A stretch of DNA of 60,287 nucleotides, counting the filler, from Hausera hauseri (taxonomy: Eukaryota), in the NCBI GenBank assembly GCA_046269625.1. It is 10 parts of 10 records of this genome, joined end to end, with 100 filler letters (N's around TTAATTAATTAA, not from the genome) between each part and the next. Parts side by side here need not be neighbours in the genome. Positions count along the whole stretch, not along the records: positions 22,267 to 31,680 come from JBJURY010385479.1; positions 31,781 to 35,812 come from JBJURY010806087.1; 8 more parts are not named here. The stretch is one strand, 5' to 3'. This document shows, piece after piece, positions 23,678 through 35,912 of this stretch. Under the pieces are notes generated by a model, which searched no databases, was not told the DNA's origin, and saw nothing but the letters and a program-made list of their open reading frames with translations. A program made the position numbers and the translations under genes. The first letter of the stretch is position 1. The number at the start of each line of letters is the position of its first letter.

Positions 23678-25680
23678 TAGAGTCGCAGCATACAATTCGT
23701 GCCATTTACGCTTCAGAATTTTTACATTTGTGCACGTAATCTTCCACAATTTTAGTGGGTTTTACTCCAATTTCATAGTCAGAGAACTAGTAATCATCGA
23801 CGGTAATATTGGTGTGATCCCAAACAATGGGGATAAATATGTCACATTTACCAAGCATGTATGGCACATTAAACTCCGATTGATAGGCAATTTCTTCTTC
23901 ATGAGTTCATCACTTGACAGCTTTGTCAAGAATCTTCCATCAGATGAACTAAAGGAAACAGAGACGTTTTTTCCGACAATGCTTGATTTAATCAAGAGGA
24001 AAGGAGTTTTCCCTATGATTGTAGAGCATTATGGGGGATAACTGGACGAAACATTATTTCCAGTCAAGAAGGACTTTTATAGTTAGCTGTAAGTCTCGGA
24101 TATTAGTGATATTGATTACGAGCATGCACAAAAGTTATGGAAAGCAGTCAGATGTAGAACAATCAGAGAATGTAGTGACATATGTCTCAAAACGGATGCG
24201 TTGCTGTTTGAAGATGTCTTCCAGAGCTTCAGGGGGTGACACTCGAGCGACATAAGTTGGATCCAGTTATGGTTTACCGTCTGAGGAATGAGTTGGTAGC
24301 AATGATGCAATATGAGGTATCCGGTTTCAGATCCTGAAGGACCAAAATATGTTCCCGATGATCGAAAAACGAATTTGGATAGGAAACTTCCATGTGATTC
24401 ACCGATAATGTGAAGCCAACAATGTGTACATAGCAGATTATAATTCAACCAAGCCATCCGCATATGTAACATACTTGGATGCAAACAACTTGTATGGCTG
24501 GGAAATAAGCGCCACATTGCCGAATGATAACTTCCAATCGGTGAAACATCTTGAAGATATCACAATAGAAGATCTGAATCGTAATGAGAAATGGATAACA
24601 AGTTGGAAGTGGATGTGGAATATCACCATTCAATGCACACAAAACATGAACAGCTACCTTTTCTTCCAGAGAGCAAACAGCCATCGAATGGTGAATTCAA
24701 GAAGTTCCTATATCACCTAGAAAATCGAAAAAGATATTTGGCCCATTATATTAATCTCCAACAAGCTATGAAAAATGGACTCCGAATCACCAAGATCCAT
24801 GGGGCCTACAGTTCAGTCAATCCACGTGACTGCAACCATATATTGACTTCAACACGCAATTGAGGGACAGTGCCAAAAACGACTTTGAGAAAGATTAATT
24901 TAAGTTGTATAACAACAGTGTTTTTGGAAAAATGATGGAGAATATCCAGAACTGAATAAAAATCGAATTAGTGTATGATCGGAAATAAGCAAACAACAAA
25001 CGTTCGAACGTCCGAACGTCCGTAGCAGAACAATCTACCTAGAAAACCTGACCAGTATCCATATCCTGAAAACATCATTGGAATTTAATAAGTCAATTTG
25101 TTGGCATGTCGATACTGGATCGATCTAAGACTTTAATGTTCGAAATCCACTATAACATCATGGTTCCAACGTTCAAGCAGCTACAATTAATATATATGTA
25201 TTGTATCCATTGAATACTGGTTCTTTCATGTATCAGATCCTTACTGAAGATATATTTTAAGATTTTGCAAAAATGGTCAGCGTATATGGATACATCAGAC
25301 TATTCTAAACATCATAGACATTATTCAGTAGAAAATAAGAAGGTCTTCGGAAAGTTCAAAGACGAAGTGAAAAAAAAATCACCGTGCAATTTGTGGCACT
25401 TCGATCAAAAATGTACGCTATTGATGTAAGTGTACATGTCAAGAAGAGGGCAAAAGGAATCCAAAGGACCACATTAGCCAAAAAGATCACCTTCGAAGAC
25501 TGTGTTACAGTTCCGTTGGAGCAGATTCATATTATATCAGAGATGATACTCATCCAATCTCGAAATCATGAGATTCAAACAGTCACGCTCCCGAAAAAGA
25601 GCCTCGATTGGATGATAAAAGGCACATATTAGACGACTATGTTGCCGCATTATCGCATGGACATGTTTCTCTTTTATGAT
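23678..25680 (+). pseudogene. Protein-primed family B DNA polymerase (Polinton/Maverick type), decayed
   Basis: AAYNSCHL, VIFHNFSG, IPNNGDKYVTF, FMSSSLDSFVKNL, RKGVFP, YLDANNLYGW, LEVDVEY, KLYNNSVFGKMMEN, FVALRSKMYA and KKRAKGI, with many stops and frameshifts. Confidence 0.92.
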
Positions 25681-26809
25681 TTGTTGTTCTTTACATGTTA
25701 TACATTTTATTTGTTCTTACACTTGCCATTATTGTTACAATAAATCTTTGTTTGAAAATCATGTTGCGTTATTCCTCGGGTTATGTAGGATATAGTATAA
25801 GTCCAAATAATTAATTATAGATCAAATATTTTATATTACGCAGGCGGTCCTAAATAATTACTATATCGGTGAATATAACATACACTATAATCAATAAATT
25901 AATACAGTGCGCCAATACTTGTATAAATTTGTCATTATTTCAAACTCAATGTTAACAGTACGTGCACAATTTCTCTTTAGGAGATAAAAGGGACGAATAT
26001 GCAACTAGTATCATGAGAGAAACATAGGTTCTCTGAGAGGTGCCTCAGAGAGTTCCTTACCAATCTGCAGGACGAAATGTAAATATGTTATTGTGCAAGA
26101 TTCCCAAAACCAATTTTAGTACGTTACGTTGGTGCGGTGCATAACAAAAATGCTGAAGGACCTTTGGTACGAAAATGATAGTGAGGATACAGATAATGAC
26201 ATTGCAATTATATGACTGTTGTAATAATGATATTATGATATTAGTACAAATATAAACAACTATTTATATATAAATAACTATTTATATATATAAACAACTA
26301 TTTCATAATACAAACATTTATTTTGTAGAAGTATAACTTTGACACAATGCTAAACACTTTTTATAAACATAATTTGAATCATGCTCGAAATAGATTCACA
26401 TAATCTTGTTGGCATAGCTTCTAATTTGCTACATTCATATATGTACATTAGTAAGTCCAGAGAAGCAACGTTCAGTACCTTCTTCTTTCGCCACTCAACA
26501 CGATTCTGGACATAAAACAAGGCTTTACGTGTATCACAATGTAACCCTATGTCTCGCAATAGACAGTCTGAAAAATTTTGTATTACATTCTTTTCACATT
26601 AATTTATGATGATGTTGCATTAGATGAGCATTTGTCATTTGTGTCTTTTTTGAGAAACAATGTACGAGCGGTCTAAATTGCATGCGCATTACATATAAAA
26701 TACTAAATTCACTTACTCAAATACATAATGCAGTGGATTAAGCATATTATTCATAGGTATTATAAACAACTCCTTAATTACGTATACTTAGTATTATTCA
26801 CAAATCCCT

Positions 26810-27090
26810 CAAAGTCAATGAAGAAGATGGACATTTCTAGCAAATAATTTCCGCATAGACAAGTTAATGGATGTTGATACATAATGTCATTGTATGTGAC
26901 AGGCTTCCGCATACGTTCCACTTTCGTCACCAACACTGATGGGTAATTTCAAGTGGATCAAACACTTGAATAAGATTCGGTGAAACACGTGTTGCAATTC
27001 AGTGTTCCCCTTGTAAATTATTATAATGTGTATTAATCACATCCTCCATTTGGTAGATAATCTGGAACTTTATCCAGTGGATACACTCCA
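26810..27090 (-). pseudogene. Adenain-like cysteine protease of Polinton/Maverick
   Basis: Manual translation VINTHYNNLQGEH*IA...VFDPL ... YNDIMYQHPLTCLCGNYLL shows the H, D, Q and C catalytic motifs. Confidence 0.8.
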
Positions 27091-27212
27091 TGGACATTTG
27101 GAATTCCGCTCAATGCTTTTTCAATCTGAAACGTACTACATACATAAATTATATATAATTCCATACAACTTACTTCATATCCAACAAATTACTGCACTTA
27201 TACCGTTTATGC

Positions 27213-27935
27213 TACAATCAATCCATCTTTTCGGATTTATATTTCACTATCGAATAATCCATATACATACATAGTAACAGCATTATCTAATGTTTTGTGG
27301 AATCTCAGATCCAAGTTCAAATTGCCTGTTTGTGGCTTTGTAGTTGATAAACATCAAAGTCTGGTGTCAAAATAAATGTGAAGAAGGAATAATTTTCTTT
27401 TTATATTCCATTTTTCATATTTTTATGCATAAGTTCCATGTTCAGTATTGTGGATCGATAGTACGTTTCAGTATAGTCATTCTTTTCAAAGTGTACTCTA
27501 TATCTATCTCTATAGTCAATTTCTCGAGACAATGTTAGGGAACTAATACTGCAGTGATAAAATGCTAAACAGTATGAGGTGTATTCACTACTGATTTTAC
27601 TACTATTCTGAAACGTTACCAATACAAATTTTGGTAGACGTTCATCACTAAATAAATTTTCCTTGTATTTACCATGTGATGCCTTTGGAATTGAAAACTG
27701 AACTATTTTAGCCTTTCGTATGGAATATATGGCATTTTGATTATCAGGGCCCATTGTATCGGTCATTCTCACAGTTTCTGGGTACGGACACGTCGTATCA
27801 ATAATTTTGCTTCCATGACATATGTGTGGCTTAATGCCTGCTTCAACACCCGTCTTCGAATAATGAAATACAGTTAAACTATCATTCCGCTGCATCTTGA
27901 TTGTTAGATTGACACTGGGTATCAGTGTAAAAATT
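27213..27935 (-). pseudogene. Polinton major capsid protein (double jelly-roll), C-terminal part
   Basis: LIPSVNLTIKMQRND, AIYSIRKAKIVQFSIP, NLFSDERLPKFVLVTF, FTFILTPDF and NLNLDLRFHKTLDNAVTMYVYGLFDSEI. Confidence 0.8.
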
Positions 27936-27939
27936 TGCC

Positions 27940-28140
27940 TTACAAAAATATAATTCACAAACAGTGAATTTAATAAATTCATTAACATTGTATTTAATTT
28001 ACAAAATATTAATTTACGAACAGTGAATTTAGGTAAAAAAATTATTTCATGAAAAGTGAATTTAATTAATTCATGAGCAGTGAATTTAATCCACGAAAAA
28101 CTGGTTCACGAATAGTAAATTCAATTAACAGGGATTCGTG
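27940..28140. repeat. Cluster of short degenerate repeats (AACAGTGAATTTA core)
   Basis: About five copies of the core at the edge of the insertion that splits the major capsid gene; they resemble transposon subterminal repeats. Confidence 0.6.
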
Positions 28141-28559
28141 AAACGCAAAATATATGGCACAAGAAATATAATTTTGCGAAAATATTTTGTTTGTATAAGC
28201 AGATTACAAAGAAAAGTGTTTTTCAAAAAGAAACCCGAGATATAATATAGATGCTCACAGAACGTGGTACTTTCAAGTACGACATGATAGAGTTAAAAGA
28301 CATGAAGATACGAACACCAGAAATAGAGGAACCGATTCTTATGCCAGACAGGAATATATGAACAATACAAACTGAGAAACCGATGGCTGCAAGGAAAAGG
28401 AAAACGTTGAAGGAGGGGGAAAAACGTCGGGAATCGAGCCAACGATACGGGGGACAAAAGATTACCATCGCGGCAAACAGAAAGACATACTCCTGCATGT
28501 AGCAGAGAACTAGCGTTGAGAATAGACGGTCCGGATGTAACGAACAGAAGAATAATCCT

Positions 28560-29210
28560 ACGAAGAAGGACACATGGTGGAAGCCCCGATCAACGGACAT
28601 AATGATACCATGGATGTTACAACCTCTGATGACAAGGCAGTGCTCACGAGGTGCACCGGTGCAGACCAGATGTACCTGGACTACGATGACAGTTGAAGGG
28701 CGCTCTCAAGCGAAACATTAGACCGATACAAGATGACACGATGTCTGAGTCCTCAGCATCCGAAGCTAGGACCACGGTATAAACTTTCCTACATAATGAA
28801 GGAACGAACTGATAGGGTGTAAAGATCAGGGGTCCGCCAACGGAAATCATTTGCGTCACCGAAAGGATGTATGTGGCTTCGGGGTACTGAATTCCTCGGA
28901 TAAGTTAACCCACTCGTGCTGGAGTGGATTGCGAGTACCTCGGTAGCGTTCCGCACGACGGGCCTGTTTCACAGGAAAGTCACCAATTGAATCAACAAAT
29001 GCTCGATTCGCACAGGAGGCGTCGGAAATTGACTCGACTGCAGATCGACTCTTCGAATCCCTGGTACGGTCAGAGAGTCTGCTGATCCCAGGTAGCCGTT
29101 TCTGTGGAAGGCTGTACCTGAGAAAGCTTAGTTGCTGCATGGAACCGATACCAATCCTTCCTTGCTGGAGTTGTAGGATGGACTCTGTCCCAACTTTAAC
29201 AGAGGAGTCA
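28560..29210 (-). mobile_element. GC-richer insertion inside the capsid gene, possibly a BEL/Pao RNase H-region remnant
   Basis: Weak motifs only (TVPGI, LQHEWVNLSEEF, CRKVYTVVL...FRLRAP), and composition differs from the flanks. Confidence 0.3.
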
Positions 29211-29369
29211 TGCAATGATTGAGTTAAGTAAACGTGTCTCATGTTTATTGTCGATATTTTTGCTTTTCTCATTCCCGTCTTTTCATTTGAAAGCTTACAT
29301 AAATCAACACACCAAATCGCACAAATTTCTTTTAGGAGCCTAAGCAAGGCTTCTAAAATCGGATATATT

Positions 29370-29930
29370 CGCTGCTCAAAAAAGTCCAGGTTTAATAGTC
29401 CACATTGTACCACTGAAGCTGATTTCTGTAACCACTTAGTTCTGTCTGGTGCTTCACCATATCTCTTATATTTAAGAAGTGCCTATCGTACTCATACTTA
29501 ATACAATCTCAATGATGGTCTTTTGATAATATGCATATCTCTAATTTATTTTGTTTGCAATAAAAACGCAGTTTATCCGTTATAGCCTTTAACTATAATT
29601 TGTGTTTTTCGCCTTTGTATTATTGAGGAAAAAGGTCACATCTTTGAACAGGGAAAAGAGTGTATAATTGCTTTGTGTCAAGGCTGCAATATCAGCTGTT
29701 ATGTCCTTTTTATCTGCATTAACTGCCTTTATTTTGATTGTAAGCATTGTATCACTTAGATCAAGGTATTTATACTTTGTACCAATAATATCAAACTCTA
29801 TATTGGATTTAGCATATCCACTAATACTATGCTTTGGGTAGGTCTCTTAAAAAGCGTATTATGCTACGGCAACCTGTGAGAGAACCAGTGTTAATATATC
29901 CAATTCAGGTTTGGCAACAATATTTATTAT
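29370..29930 (-). pseudogene. Polinton major capsid protein, N-terminal part
   Basis: VAKPELDIL...SQVAV, NIEFDIIGTKYKYLDLSDTMLTIKIKAVNAD, NYTLFSLFKDVTFFLN and GLLNLDFFEQ match the Polinton MCP N-terminal motifs. Confidence 0.8.
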
Positions 29931-30077
29931 AAAAATATTGTTTTTATCCGCTTCGCTCCATTTCTTATATTTGAATGCTTCTTTATCTTCCTCCACCACT
30001 CTGATCCATTAATGAAACATGAACTGCACGTTTGGTATGGGACTTGACTGCTGGTAATATATGCATTTCAGCTTCCT

Positions 30078-30293
30078 TTAATGCCTCAGCTGGTTTATAG
30101 ATTTTTCACCGTCACCTAAAAATGCATTTCCTGCAACCTTGTCCATCGGTGAACCAAATTTTTTCATTATTGTAATGGCATATCTTCCCAGTGTTATCTT
30201 CCAATTATGTCCATACTTTTTACCTCTAAGATATGGAAGATCACCAATCTTCTGAGGACGACTGTACAATGGTGCAGTATTTCTATCAATCAT
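30078..30293 (-). CDS. Small basic Polinton ORF between minor and major capsid genes (core-protein-like)
   Basis: Assigned from position and G/K/R-rich composition (LPYLRGKKYGHNWKITLGRYAITIMKK). Confidence 0.5.
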   Translation of the reverse strand: MIDRNTAPLYSRPQKIGDLPYLRGKKYGHNWKITLGRYAITIMKKFGSPMDKVAGNAFLGDGEKSINQLRH

Positions 30294-30299
30294 GTATTT

Positions 30300-31220
30300 G
30301 CTTAAAATGTAAAGTCAATATTGTCTTTGCTCGAAAACTACACTCAATCAGACTTACACTATCATCACGCAAATTAACTTAGATTTTGTTTATACATGTT
30401 GATGAAACAGGTCAATACATAGGATTATTTGGTGAAATATATACTAGATCGCCATACTTAATTTTTGATCCATCTATCCAAACACATCTTAAAAGACGGG
30501 TTCGATCTGATTCTCAACAATACTCAGATTTGGCGAAACCTAATACCATTGCCAGATGTTTATCAAAGACAACTTCCTTTACATCATAATTGCATGTGTA
30601 TAATAAAACATTATGTAGCACTGCAATATTCTTAAATAATGGTCCACATTTAGAACTAAGATGATTCACAACTAGATCACTATTGTTCAATAATACATCA
30701 TCGGTAAATATATGTCTGAACCATTTCATACCATTTGCAACTTTAACTTTGATTTGCAGTTATGTATTTAGAATGTCTGCATAGGTAATTTTCTTATCCG
30801 ATTGTATTTCATAATATCCGTTTATTTTTACTGCACCTTTACTTAGTTTTATAAAACCCCATTCAGTAGCAACTTCTTTAGATTGGAGTAAAATGATATG
30901 CTGACATTTTGAATTAATAACCACTTTTTATCAGACCAACTAAAGTTTACCCAGTGTTGAATGGCGTCATAACCAACTTCAAATCTCTGAAAAACGTGAC
31001 ATGGTAACTGTTTCATTTACGTCTTCACTAATCGTTTTGAGATAATTTATGAATGAATCTTTTCGGATAGTTGCAGGACTGTAATATGACATCTGTCATT
31101 GACATTTGCCACAACCCACACAGATCAATACCATTTTCATAGTCTACAATAAATTTGCTTGTGCTATTATTCGGCTTATATTCGTAGCTGGTTCTTCTAA
31201 ACTCAGATTTTCATGAAATT
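30300..31220 (-). pseudogene. Polinton minor capsid (penton-like) protein
   Basis: N-terminal TSYEYKPNNSTSKFIVDYENGIDLCGLWQMSMTDV, central LAMVLGF, and C-terminal NPMY*PV..I*VNLRDD...TILTLHFK. Confidence 0.8.
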
Positions 31221-31680
31221 CTGTACAGTGTTGCGTACTCTCATTTGTGATTCCAATCTATGATGGTTAGCTGATTATCCATCGTGAGGACCAAAAATAT
31301 ATAACTAAATATTCATTTATTTAAGTGAGTTAGACTGAAGGTGTAAGATTTCAGAGGCGGTCCGACAATCATGTTGTCTGCGCCTGCTATCTGATCCAAA
31401 TCTTGATCTTCTTCGTATAATTAGAGGAATTTACTACTATTGATGAGAGTAGGGTTAGATTAACAATCTCACTCCGGTGATAACTTGTGAATGACGGTTT
31501 AGGTATGGATATTATTACCGTCCAACATGTATCCTAATACCTTTGCATTGGGCGTAGTTTCTTTTAAAATTTTGTATAATTGTATTTACCAAGTAATTAA
31601 TAATCGAGTAAATATTTTAATGTTTTGAAATTTAACAAAATATACTTTCTGTTCATACGGTTTGAGCATTATTGTATTTA

Positions 31681-31780
31681 NNNNNNNNNNNNNNNNNNNN
31701 NNNNNNNNNNNNNNNNNNNNNNNNTTAATTAATTAANNNNNNNNNNNNNNNNNNNNNNNNNNNNNNNNNNNNNNNNNNNN
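31681..31780. other. Artificial contig linker
   Basis: 44 N + TTAATTAATTAA + 44 N. Confidence 0.98.
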
Positions 31781-31949
31781 TGATTTGAATGTGCATGTCA
31801 AGGTCATTTGTCACGCTGATTTCATATGTATAAATTATTTCTGCTCTCATGCAGAAATTTATTATTGACCATAAAGTTGTAGTAGTAATACAGTATGTTC
31901 CTGAGTAGAAGAACCATACGAATGATTGGTCAACCCGTTATAAAAACTA

Positions 31950-32412
31950 AGTTTGTATTATACATATATTTTCCTTTAAATTCTCATGCATGTATCTGAT
32001 TTATGCATTGTTTCTTGTTTGAAAGATATACCACTGTTTGAAGGAATGAAACTATAGGGTGATGATTAATGCGTTGCACGTTGAACTATTACATGTATGA
32101 GGTGTATGATGTCAATATGTAAATGTGTATAAATATAAACAAGAAATAAAATTAATGTGGTGCTTACCCTTTCAAATCGTAACTCGGAGTGAAATGATTT
32201 CATTTGTATCAAATTCCGAAATTTGTAATAAATTAACAAACTCAAAAACAGTTTGAAATTTTGGAGATTACTCTCTTAATCCAAATAATTGAATACTGTT
32301 GCAGTCTCAAATTTATATTAACACGTTGACATACAATGATGTCTCTCAGATGTCAGTAATACATTACTTACAATGCAGTTATTTTAATTATATTTGCATG
32401 TCAAAGGGTTAA
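31950..32412 (+). mobile_element. Possible piggyBac 3' end remnant
   Basis: LCIVSC(F)ERY-like end of a cysteine-rich domain near 32000-32034, and a terminus GCATGTCAAAGGG followed by the TTAA target at 32409-32412. Confidence 0.45.
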
Positions 32413-33111
32413 AACGAACAACATATTAAATTTTATTGATTATCCTTTAAACAGGGTGTACGTATATATACATTTATTTATATAAATAGATATTAATGTC
32501 AAAGAAAATCTATAATTATTGAACCAAGAGTCAAAATCAAAATTGCTATATTCTGCATGTGCCTAAAATTAATTGAATTTCGGGCATAATTTTTTATTAA
32601 CATGGGATTTACGAAATTTCCCAAATTCGTAATGGCATGCAATATTTATATATTCAGTAATTTCTTATTTATATTTTAAATCTATTTCTAATGGCGAACA
32701 CGAGTAATAGGTGGGAAAAACAGAATATTTACCATGACGGATATTGCTAAGCAACAGCAAAACGGAAAAATTATTTTTATTTTGTTTATATACGAAATAT
32801 AACTTTTTAAATTTTTTAAACAATATCAAACGCCAATATGAGCGGTAATGAATTGAATCTCATAAACATTTCCCAGGTGCATTACATGAATATCTAACAA
32901 AGCCAAGACAAGAATACAAAATTAAACTTAACCGTAAGGTATCTCCATATTATATTTTTCCAAGCAGACTTTTGTATAAGGACAACAGACATCCTCAAGG
33001 AGAAATAACATGTAACACCACCCTGATTCCAGAAGTAAAATTACAACGTCTGGACATAAATACAACTCAAAACTGGGATAAAATATTTACTAACAAAAGT
33101 CTAGCCGAATA

Positions 33112-34425
33112 GAGTTCGAAGATATTGCTGAACAAAGATTGATTTGTATAGAAGGTATCGATAAGGCATACTTAAAGAATACCGATATTCAGATTAAAAG
33201 GAATGATCCACCATGTGCTATAATTACCAATCAAGGAGAAGCCCGATTACAAGTTGGTAATGAAACAGTAATCATTTTCAAAGGCACTATGATACTTCCC
33301 AATTATCCCTACGAAGGAGATTGTAAGTTCTAACCACTAGATAACTGCTCGTTATACTTAATACAATTGCTTAAAGAAACACCCATATTATCTGTGGATG
33401 AACCTATAATACAAGATAGAGAAATAGTACTCACAGGTAGATGCATCAGCAAAGGAGATCAAAAAGGACTTACTCAAGTCACTGCCAAAAGCTTAGAAGG
33501 AAAGACTATTTTCAATATTTATGTGTATTTGAGTATACTAGACACCACAAAATATACCGAATACAGTAGACGGTCTAACCCTCAACGATAAGAGTTGGTA
33601 AGTGAATTTGTGAATAAATATTTGCCAGGAAAAGTAATCATCGGACGCTAATTGCCAGAACCATTAAATACATTGAAAATAAATCCAATAAATTTAACCG
33701 CCATTTACGATATGGAACAAACAAACCAAACATATAAATGCTTAGACCTATATCATGGTCATAACTCAGAAATTGTGGAACAAAGACATCTAGACGAATA
33801 CTTAAAAACTGTGCGAATGGAATACAATATATCATGGATAATAGAAAGTCGAAAACACCACAAATAGCCTTCCCAGCGATACGGAAACTCAAAAACCACC
33901 GAAGCAAGAGCAATTCCAGTCATTGAACCTATTGCTCAAAGGCACCCAGATATGGACTCAGACAAATATACGCACGAACTTGTCAGAACAAGACCAACTG
34001 GAGGATGGATAGAATCTTATAACGACAAATTAGTCATACCACTACCCCAATCTAAGGTTCCACCACAACGACTGACACTACTTGAAACTATATGGGATTC
34101 AATACAACCAGGTACATCCAAAAAGGAACCACAAGTAATAAACGTGACAAGAGACATAGACGAAGATGAAGTGTTTGAAATTCTTGAAAACGATGAACTC
34201 AACCCTACACCAGATGGGACCCAATATGCTGAAACTACATTATCACCAGTTGAAAACCCAAGAAATATTCAGGAAATGAATATTCCACCAGGTTCCATAG
34301 TGTACTACGAAATCCCAGAATTAACAAGGGAAATAATTAAAATTAAATTACTAATGACTGAATCAGCACCTAACGAGGTATGGAACGCCTTACGACTTCA
34401 CTCGCTACCAATTGGTATGGGTTAA
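33112..34425 (+). pseudogene. Unassigned A-rich reading frame of about 435 codons broken only by in-frame stops
   Basis: ORFs starting at 33139, 33367, 33652 and 33952 are all in one frame, separated by single TAA/TAG codons. Confidence 0.55.
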
Positions 34426-35812
34426 AGCAATACTCGAAATATTCTTTGAATAACGGATATTCAAACCCTACTCTCTTTATATAGTATTATACTTTCTATT
34501 TAAATCCATTTTTCAAATATTGTGAAAGATTATTTGCAATTGTTCTTTCCTCGATTATCTATTCTGTGTAGTCTTTACATATGAATGAGTCAATGTTTAA
34601 CTTCCCAAGAATTATCCACATAAAATGATTCCTACATGCTTCTTTAGGGTATTTGGTATGTTCATATATATTTAGAAACATACTTTCTAGGCTTTCTGGT
34701 GAATATTTCAACTATTTATATAATCATAACTTTGATGAGAACTACTGCACCAACTCATGTTAAAACCCATTTCGTTTTCTTTTATCACATTGCAACTTTT
34801 CTTTTTCTTTTTATCATCCAATCGTAGGGATAAGGAATAAGTACAAATTCTAAGTACCAATAGTCAAATTGCATCAATTTAATTAAAGGGGATATGATAG
34901 TAGATTTGCGCTTGAACTCTCATTTTTTCACTACTGGCTATCGCTTGCTTCTTATCAATGCTGTATCCACCAAAAACGAATACTTAGACAGATTATGCCT
35001 CTTACTGTCAAAAACCAAAAAACTGAAAGCAGAATATAAGGAGCAATTAAAAGATTTTCTGGTTGATATGGAACTATGTTTGAATCAATCACATGAATCA
35101 GAAACAAAAATGGAATTAAAGAAAATTAACAAAATTGGAGCAAAATTTTAACGAAAAAGAAGTCATTCTGGACTGAACAAAGAGAATAACGGAAATAACA
35201 ATGCAGTCAGCAATTAACCAAAAAATAAGTCATTACGCAGAAAGTTGCTGCAATATTCAGTCCTAAATCAATCAACTAGAGTTAAAAAAATTAAAGTACT
35301 TATCGATAACCAAAAAGCTTTAGGTATCGAAAGCCTTCATGATTCAGTTATTTTAGCAATAAATTCTGCATCGAAAATTTTAAGATCATGTTTTAATGTT
35401 ATACACATTTTAGGTCATCCAAAAGTGAAAAAAGTAATCAAAATTTTTATTTAAAACTAATTAAAATACAGCAGTGATTATTCATTGTATAGGCTGATCA
35501 TCAAAAAATCGATATTAATATCTGATATCCAATATTTTTCTGATAATCCTGTATAAATGACTTCTAAAACCCAGTGATAACAGCTGATAAGAAACCTAAA
35601 AACAAATTGACGCCATTTTTGCAACTTGGTGAATTCAACTCATTCACTCCTTCATGAATAAGACTATAAATACCATATTTGTCGAATTCTTCATTCAACT
35701 TATTAAGATCTTTGGATTCAAACTCCAATAGCATATCAGTGGTTGTTATATGTGAGGTCGCTATACTTGCACTTATAATTGATTCAATTTGAATGACTAG
35801 ATTCAACCACTG

Positions 35813-35912
35813 NNNNNNNNNNNNNNNNNNNNNNNNNNNNNNNNNNNNNNNNNNNNTTAATTAATTAANNNNNNNNNNNNNNNNNNNNNNNNNNNNNNNN
35901 NNNNNNNNNNNN
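35813..35912. other. Artificial contig linker
   Basis: 44 N + TTAATTAATTAA + 44 N. Confidence 0.98.

Noticed and set aside
27940-28140. CRISPR-like repeat-spacer pattern
   Set aside because: The repeats are short, degenerate and irregularly spaced, the context is eukaryotic, and there are no cas genes.
34894-35806. Short ORFs on both strands
   Set aside because: No recognisable motif, and they cannot be distinguished from decayed or chance ORFs.
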